DNA of 64,000 nt, taken from positions 1-64,000 of the forward strand of contig CAJNYD010000017.1 of NCBI GenBank assembly GCA_905331295.1, read 5' to 3'. A program made the position numbers and the translations under genes. This document shows, in pieces, positions 55,331-64,000 of this stretch. Position 1 is the stretch's first letter. The number at the start of each line of letters is the position of its first letter. This DNA is from Rotaria socialis (Eukaryota). Below the pieces are notes generated by a model that saw nothing but the letters and a program-made list of their open reading frames with translations, made no database searches and was not told the origin of the DNA.

Positions 55331-56007
55331 TGAATATAAAACGAATATCATTAGACGATGGACGAGATTTTCCATTGATCATTTAACAATTTCTGTAATA
55401 ATATTAAAGAGAAATTTTTTTAGTCGTCGCATATTACCGAGTCATCCATCAAATACTGATATTCGAGTAAAAAATATAAATAAATTCATTGGAAAACTAG
55501 GTGGATTATTTTCTTCTAAATGACATTGATTCTCTATCTAAAAAAAATCGTAATTGTATGTAAGATGTGTTCATTTGGATGACAAACGATTCAATGAAAG
55601 TTCATGTAATCATGATAGTTCATTGATTGTATTTTTCTTCAAATGATAGTCATGAATAAACTTAATTTTTTTGTGATGAATCACACCTAGAACTATTTTG
55701 TAATATGTTGTCTTATATATTCAAATAAACATAGAAAAGTAACACGAAAGATTATGGAGTCAATAGTTTGTTCGATTTAACGAAAATATTTATCTTTTAT
55801 CTTTTTGTTGTTGATATGAATGTCTCTGGCTATAAACAAACTAGCGTCTAATATTGAAGAGGATGTGTTAATGTTTGAAACAGAAAAAAGTCATTCATTC
55901 AGACTGGTACCATATTGATTCTACAATACTATTTCTATTGAGATCAGTATTTATCGATGTATTAAGATAGGAAAGTAAACGCATTCTGAAAGATTAACAA
56001 ATACGAA

Positions 56008-56135
56008 GTTGGATGTGGGTGTGGGGTGTGGTTATGGGTCTTCATGTTCTATTTCATGAATAACATCCGTATATCCACTCGCGCCATCACTCACACCCAA
56101 ACCCACACCCACACCCACATCCAATACTCACACCC
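56008..56135. repeat. Small GTGG/CCAC-armed hairpin element; related copies at ~56530-56592 and ~57853-57922
   Basis: TTGGATGTGGGTGTGGGGTGTGG ... CCCACACCCACACCCACATCCAA inverted arms. Confidence 0.6.
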
Positions 56136-56149
56136 TATCTTTGCAATGG

Positions 56150-57790
56150 CTTATACACCGTATTTATCATTGACGAATTTACTTGGTTTTTTTACCACTT
56201 ATTTCTGTTTATGTGAACCAATGAACCATGTCATTTTCAATAGACAAGCAGTATTTTTTCATACATACGTTCGTCACCGTATGGGTTTTTTCTCTTTCAA
56301 TCCTCTTCCTCTTTTTTCACTTATTTTTCGCTTTTATTTTGTCATGATCAAAACAAAAATATACGCAGATATATGAAATAAATCACATGTGCGTCTCGAA
56401 GTTTCTTTTTTGATGAGTAAAATAAACCTTGATTTTTCGCTCTCATATATGAGAAATACTTGTCGTGTATTCTTTCATATCTGGCTTTTCACAACCAAGA
56501 CTCTTCTATAGACAAGAAAAATATCATTGGGGTGCTGGTGTGGATAAGTAAAGCATGGATATATACGATTGCGACCACACACACACCCACATTCTGTTTA
56601 CTTGTATTCCATGGAGTTATTTATGGTCTTACTTCAGTGTAAACACACCATTGGCACGACGGTTGGGTATTTCAAATAACTGAGTTAGAAGCATTCAAAA
56701 TAGAAAATATTATATTAGCTCAAAATAACAATACCATTGAAATTTTCTCGTCAATTCTATCTATTACTCATTCTTAAGTAACAAAAATTATATGAGAAAC
56801 GTTTTATATATAATTTTAATTTGTTATCTAAGAAAGTAATGATAAAAAATACTATAACGTATATTTATGCATCGAAAACATGAAACATTGATATAAAAGC
56901 TAATGTCAACGATTACAATGATTTTCAGTCAATTATGACGAATAGTTCAGACTGTTATATTGTAATAAATGATTTCAAACCCGAAGATCTTTAAGCCTAC
57001 TATAAAAGAAGCACTCGAATATTATGATACTTCTGTGAGTGTTCGTATTTCTCCAGAAACTCATCTAAATTGTTTTGATTCTTTACTATTTGATTCATTA
57101 AACCATTCTATATTTAACTCTCAATAAGTACTATTAATCTTCATCATTTGCTATCATTGTTACCAATAAACAAATGAGAATACACACAATAATGATTAAA
57201 CATATATATTTTTCAGGAATATTACAAACAAAATGAGAAGAAAAATAGGAACGACAATGATAGCAATCTTTTTAATTTACCGAATAAAAAAATTTAATTT
57301 AACTTTTACATTCAATTTATGAATTTATTTTCTTCAATATATCGCTATATTTATCTTTCTATAACACAGAACAAAATAATTCAAAAAATTTTAAATAAAA
57401 GTCCACATGAGAAGACAGAATAATACGATCCTATCAGGACTGATTAGATTGTTGTTTATTATTTGTACAAGATTTGACTGTGAATCAAGATGATGATGAC
57501 GATGAAAGTGAATTTAAATCATCACTTTTTCTCATAGCTTCAACCAATACTGCATTTGATTGGTCTAGGAGATTATCTAGTCCGGATATTTTGCAATGAA
57601 ACCTTTAATGTAAGAATTATTATTTTCACTTTCAAATTACAGATAGAAAATTGCGATGTATACGTTTGAGAAGCTATTTCAGGAAATAGGATTTTTTTCT
57701 TGGTAATCGATGTCCTTTGTAAACTGACTTTTTTATGTTGAAAAGAATCTAAATCATGCTGGTAATTCACACTTTGATATTCTTTTATAC
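56150..57790 (-). pseudogene. Decayed duplicate 2 of the S6K 3' end, tandem copy of duplicate 1
   Basis: Same blocks and same truncation point (ATCGATGTCC followed by TTT(A/G)TAAACT). Shares non-S6K sequence with copy 1 (GTCATGATCAAAACAAAAATATACG; GCACTCGAATATTATGATACTTCTGTGAGT). Confidence 0.85.
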
Positions 57791-57995
57791 TATTTTCAAC
57801 AAATCGAAGTTATTTCTATTTCTTGCTATTTAATTATATCTATACATAAAACTGGGGTGTGAGTGTGGGTGGTGTGGGTGTGGGTGGAGGTAGCGAATAT
57901 CGACACCCATCCACACCCACATGCGTACCCTGTAGCCTGTCCTTAGAAATGTCTGCGCACCTGACCCTGCCCTGGGCTGGGTAGATTATCTCAAC

Positions 57996-60900
57996 TAGAG
58001 CCCTGTGGTTCTAACCGATACTCGAAATCAGACTCGAAACCGCGGTTCCGAGTCCGACTCTGATCCTCTAAAATGAAAAATAGCGGTTCTGGTTCTAATT
58101 CTGTCGAAATTTTTGGAACCGTTCTTAAATAATAGTGTATGAAATAAATACATTTTTTTAAAAGTATACCTTTCATTTCTCAGAATTTTTCATATTCTTT
58201 ATTATTTTCAAAAACTCAAGTAGTTTTTACAAGATAAAGCAAAAAATATAAATATAAGAAAATCACTATAATACAATATGTTTACATAAAAGTATTCCCC
58301 ACTTCAATAAGTTGTACTAAAATTTATCGTTTTCATTATCTTCATAATCTTCATAATCTTCATCGCAAATAAAAATATCATCTTGTTCATCTTTTTTCAA
58401 CTTCTTTGCTGATGTTGACGTTCTAAGTTGTTCTTGTTTGTGTAACGAGGTTGTAAGACATGTTTCATCATGAACAGACATCTTTCTTTTCGTATCGACC
58501 TCATTAAGAATTTTTTTATCGAACGTTTCTAATGATAGTAGATTTTTTTGCAAAAATAATAATTTGTTTATTTTTTCAGTACCAAGACTTGTACGTTTAT
58601 CCGTAACTGTGTTTTTCGACGCTGAAAAAAGTCTCTCTATTGTTGTATTGGCTGCTGGTACGGCATAATAATCTTGCACAATCGAAAATAAGATTGGAAA
58701 TCTAGACTTGTGTGCTAACCAAAATAATAATATATCATCACCTTCTTTCATTTGAACGTTCATGCTCATATATTCATCTACTTCATGATCAGGCGTTGTT
58801 GATAATCTTAAGTCACTCTTTGGTAAATCAAAACATTTTGAAAGAACGTTTGTTAATGATTTGTGTTGAGAATTAAGTTCAGGAGTAATAATTGTTGTTT
58901 TATCGACTGATGGACAGGGAGTTGATGATGTCGATGGCTGTCGTTTGAAAATTTCGCTTTTCACTAAATTGAGAGCTCTCTCTTGCAAAATAGAATTAAC
59001 ATCAAAATTTTTGAACGATGGATGTAAGAATGTAGTAATATAATGTATATCCTGTAACACCCAAACATCCTGAAGACGTGAACCTAAGCAAAAAAATATT
59101 GAAAAATCGAAGTATGTTTTATCCAAACCAGTTCAAATTCTTTTTGCCATCGTCAGATATCCCGAGAATATGTTAGCTTTTCAAATAATAGTAAGTATGT
59201 TTTATCTATCCTACTCAATGTTGGAATAATTTTGCAATTCTTCTGCTCAAAGTTTTTAGTTTTTGTAAGGCGATAAAAGAAATTTCGTAATTTTAGTGTT
59301 ACCTAAAAATGTTTTGATTTGACGAATTCCATCATGATCATCAGAATTAATAATATATCGATTTAATAAATATTGCCTAATGGCAATACTTTGTAAATTG
59401 TTGGCTTTTTGCCACAACTAAGTTCTTCAATCACTTCTTCAAACGGACCTAGAAATGAGCAAACATACTCTAGTAGGTCTTTATCTATTAACATATAATC
59501 AGCTAGAAATGTTCGATCTAAAACACCAGCTAAGTCATCAAACACCATTAAAAACATATTCATTGTATAAAAAGCACCATTGAACCTGGTATCAGAATAG
59601 GATTGAAGTTTACGTGGTAATTTTGTTTGTTTATGTGTTCGTCTCATGTGACTGACGATTTTTCTTATGTAACCAAACATTTCCTGCGCTAAGTCGCAGT
59701 TTACAGGCATTTTTTCTATTGTATTAGTGATAAAACAGTGTTCTAATTGCTTGTTCATATAATGAATTGAGCAGCCGATTCTAGTGCATGAATCCTTGAA
59801 GCTAGATTTCATCTTATTTTCGTTGTCAGTTACCACAAATTTGTTGTTGTTCAGTGATAAATTATATTCCATTAACTTACTATCAACAAATTGTCGAATT
59901 TGAGTTGAAGTCTGATTATCTCGATCATATGGATAGCAGCCCAAAATAAACGCTTGAAGTTGAAGTTCATCGTTTAGATAGTGAAGAGAAATACCACAAA
60001 AGCTTACACCTGAAAAAGAGCAGCTAGTGTTAATGATGCATTTTTTTAATTTTGAGTGTAATATTTTCTAAACATAAAATAAAAGTTGAACTTAAAATTA
60101 TATATCTTACCAGTGTGTGACTCTGTCCAAAAGTCCACCACGATTGCATAGGATTTTATATTCTGACACAGGCTTATTAATTGCGATTTTCTGCTTATGA
60201 ATAATCTATCGATGTTTCGACTCACCTAGGAATTAAGAGAAATAAGGGAGATGTGTTTATTTTGAAAACATGAAAAGAAAAAGATCACTGCACTTGTTTT
60301 TGCAATCTTTAGTTTAAAGTATTTACTTACAGTTGTTGGGTGTGGTAGTAAATCTGAAGCATTGATACTACGCGATTTTACAATGTCTTGTCCAACACTG
60401 AGTACAGTTTGTGTAAAATTAACAAATCCTTTGCCCGTAATGAGTTCGAATGCACGATTATCCGTAGCAACTAGTTAAACAGTTGCACTTACGATTTTGT
60501 TTTTTATTTTCTGTGGAATAGCTGTAGATAAATCAGAATGAAAATATTCACTAATACTTGAATTTTCCTTATAACATTTATTTGAAATCGTTTCACATGA
60601 TCGTATATGTTTCAGCATAGTGCTTGTACCATCTGTTGGTTTATGATGTAGAATATCTTTGCACTTATCGCAAGATACAAAATTTTGTTTTTGATTATCA
60701 ACATATACGCAACTGAAACTTTGCCAAACTTTGGATGAAGTTTTGGTAGGTTTAATATATGTCACACTTGCATCATGGTTTTTTTACCAATTGAATGATC
60801 TTTTCTTTTTTTAAGAAACAGTCCGTCATTTTCAAAACATTGTATTTACATTGATGCTAGTATTCTAAAATGTAAAAGGATCAAGCGTTTCAGTAAAAAA

Positions 60901-61199
60901 AAACTATTAACACATTCTATCTTGGTCATAAAAAATGATTCTTTGTTCTCCTCATATAGTAAATACAATCGGACAAAATTCAAAGTAAGTGGATGGAAAA
61001 TTTACCTGCCCTGAAAGAAATTCACGAAATATAGATGACTCTAGTAGTCAATAAATAATCTACGGTTCCAACGGTTCCGATTCCGGTTCTACCCATTTTA
61101 TTTTCACGATTCCCGATTCGGTTCTGGATAGCAGAGTCTTAGAAATTTCGAGTTCGGTTCGGTTCTCGGTTCCATTTTTACTGGAACCGCAGGGCTCTA
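57996..61199 (-). mobile_element. Full-length hAT (Hermes/Ac-like) DNA transposon
   Basis: TIR TAGAGCCCTGTGGTTC vs reverse complement TAGAGCCCTGCGGTTC. GGTTC subterminal repeats at both ends. Internal intron-containing transposase. Flanks show no matching 8-bp TSD. Confidence 0.93.
58317..60829 (-). pseudogene. hAT transposase, disabled
   Basis: BED finger (CDKC...LKHIRSC), VVDFWT, VTDNENKM, CSIH, DTRFN, FW...FPIL...IERLFS. Frameshift in an A-run at ~60780, in-frame TAA at 60475, and further frameshifts near 60195 and 59375. Confidence 0.9.
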
Positions 61200-64000
61200 C
61201 CTATTGCAGACTCAACACAGATCAGAGAGCAAATCGAGACTGGAATTACTAGAATATTGTGCTCACGTAACGTATGTTGTTTTGATTCGTCAGTTGAAGC
61301 GGCTGTCCGGTAGTATATGTTTTAGTTTTGATCGATGTTGAAGAAACCGTTACTTTAAGATTAATACGCTATTTGTGCTCAAATTTTGAATATTTCAAAT
61401 ATTTCAGCTGATATAATTGAACATGGGGTTTTTGCAATTCTAAATTTGTATCATTTCTTCATTGGACAAGATCTCAATTAGCATCTTATTCTCTTTTTAC
61501 GATGAAGTCTGTTTTATTCACGAGATTCTGTTGGCATCTGCTTATTTAAATCTACAGAATAAAATATGCCTATTATCGAACGCCTGATGTAGCGATCGAT
61601 TGAATATTCTCTATATGATAAAATAGGTTCTTGTAGCTCTTACACATCCCAAAGTAGCTAAAATAACTTATCCTTCACCGAACCTTTTGTGTAATATTTC
61701 TTCTGACTTTAACATTTGATTGTCGAACTCTGTATAATTAGTTAATTTAAAAAATAGTATGGTACCTTATTAAGTACAAATTGGTGTTACTCACAGATTA
61801 AACTAAGGATCATACGAAATTTATGAATGCAGTTTTATTCTTGATCGATCAGCACCGTTTATTAATATTAGAAAAGCCTTTCTCGCAAAAGATAAGATGT
61901 CAGCGTCTTCAGTTGTCTTGACACGTCATAGTAAAATTCAAGTTTTCGTGTCATTTATTTTTACAATCTATAAATGTTTTAGGTTGCTTGTATAGATATC
62001 GATTTGGTATAAGATGGAGAGGCGCTGGCCCGTGTTCACATATAGATTACAATGATTCTTTCCACGTAGTTAAGAAGAAAAAAAAATCATCATCATACAA
62101 TCGTGTTGCACAATTTTATTCGATTCAACACCTTGAATAATTTTCATACGGTGATCGTCTTTGTACAATGCATCGCATGGAAATGCATTCAGTGATAGAA
62201 CTTTAAAAATCAACATGTTAAGATTTGAACCCTTTTTCTGCCGTCGATTTCAATTGTGAAGAGTCGTGATACTAGCAAAATAAATAAATTACTCAGATGG
62301 TTAGGCCAATATAGAGAGGATGAATGGCTCCAGAAACTGCAGCATTTGTCAAAGTTTCAAAAAATTAATCATTAATAAAAATTTTTAGTTATTTATTGTC
62401 GTTTTCGATAGTTTTACAAATTTCTAATTCTAGCTTTTTAATTTATCACAATTCAGTTTCTAGTGTGTACGATGGTAGAGAATTGCATGTTTGATTACGC
62501 TATGCATTTGATTTTGAAGTAATTTGTATTTTCTATTCAAATACGGATGGGAAATTGAAAAAAAAAAGAATACAGAATCTTTATTTAGAAGAATTTGAGA
62601 AGAAAACCATTATCATCGTGCAAGAATTTTTTTAACAGAAGGATATAGCGCAATATGTTCGTATATGAATTTGTAGAGAATTTTAAGTAGTATCAAACTA
62701 CGAAGTTAGTTTCTCAAAAGTACTAGTTGTTACTCACGAAACAATAACAATATCGGATAAGTCAATTTTTTACAGATGGAAATTTTTGATGAAAATGTTA
62801 AGATTTTTTCCTAAGCCAAAATATAATCTGTCAAACTTTTGAGAACATCATTCGATACATTTTGATGTGCTCTTTCAAATGAGACTACTTTCAGTGGATA
62901 CAATCTCACTGATCCGACTAAGTTGCCCAAAATACGTGAGCATGCTTTCTGAAAATGAAATATAGTGCCAATTAAAATTTATTCCTGGGTGTGGCACTTT
63001 TACAGGTTTCAAAAGATAGCCGGTAATCGATAGTATCTTTGATGAAAAAATTTCAGCTATATCTCTTGTAACTTGAGAGACAATGAAAATATACTGAAAA
63101 GTACTGCAGTAAAAGAAACGTCTGATTTTGATTGAGTACCCATACTTTCAAGTGGTATATCTCGAGAATGGCTCATCCGTTTGAGATAAAACTTTTGGTT
63201 TATTCCTAGCTCGGATGTAGGTATCTACTGTAGAAATATCAGCCAAATCCGTGAGATCAATTGAGCAAGGTTCTGCTGAAAACGGTCGTGGTTTAGATGC
63301 AATGCGTACTACGGGGAAATGAAAAAAATATTCTCTCAAGATACACTGTAAATTAGTTGAATATTTTAGTACGATAATTATATTGGAAGCCAACATTTTT
63401 CTGTTTTGTATGTTCCACTCCGAACTTATTATGAAATCAATGTTTACTTGGCAGACTCTAAAATATGAATTTTATCAAAAACAAAAAAAAACATCTTTTA
63501 GTAGAAATTCTAACACAGAATAAAACTTAATAAGTATATTCGATCCTACATGTCTGAAATTCAAACACTTAAATTAGTAGAAATTTAATGAGTGACTGAG
63601 AAATCAACAAATCATAATCAATTTTATCTTTCGGTTCTCAAAAAATGATTCTTTATTAGATCGAAATTGAAGATACCGACATTTTCTCAGACTTCTGACA
63701 GAATTTCTTCAACATTGTAAAGAAATTTACTTCCGATCAAAACTGTATAAGTATAAAGTTTAAGGATCCAAATGTTTAATTTGAATTAAATTAAAAACAG
63801 ACAATGGAATTTCTCTTCGAAGCATTTGCTTGAAATCAATTGAAACATGTTTGAGAAATGTTTTCTTTTTAATTTGTAAAACCAGCTTTTGTTTTGCCAA
63901 GAAAAATTTAGTGAAAAAACAAATGCAATAGTACTCTTGAGCAACACATCATCGATCGAATGATTTGCTACAACTAATTTCGGATTATCTTGTTTAATTT

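Noticed and set aside
61200..64000. Exon-like patches and ORF 63148-63396
   Set aside because: No recognisable domain or coherent exon chain.

Overview
AT-rich eukaryotic genomic DNA with many short (~55-60 nt) GT-AG introns. Gene content and style suggest a bdelloid rotifer (inference). The left ~6.6 kb is transposon debris: an RTE LINE 3' end carrying two MITE insertions, a MULE/SWIM remnant, two CACTG-ended elements and a foldback. Next come an intronless receiver-like + ADP-ribosyltransferase (R-S-E) + TPR gene, p70 S6 kinase (which appears to need a 2-nt microexon in its catalytic YRD motif), and STPG2 with an antisense secreted-protein gene nested in its long intron. A tightly packed minus-strand cluster follows: XPO7, an unknown gene, MRPL22, ABCB10, an F-BAR/SH3 gene and a bacterial-type dCMP deaminase. 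Most of its intergenic gaps are 98-226 bp and carry unpaired 3' splice sites, which is operon-like. After it lie nested MITEs, a stefin-like gene, acid sphingomyelinase, a LURP-one-like secreted protein, a bacterial-like SRPBCC gene, a galaxin-like gene and a second ART-TPR-family 5' end (both cut by an N gap), two decayed duplicates of the S6K 3' end, and a full-length but disabled hAT transposon. Family assignments rest on motif recognition only; no database searches were run.
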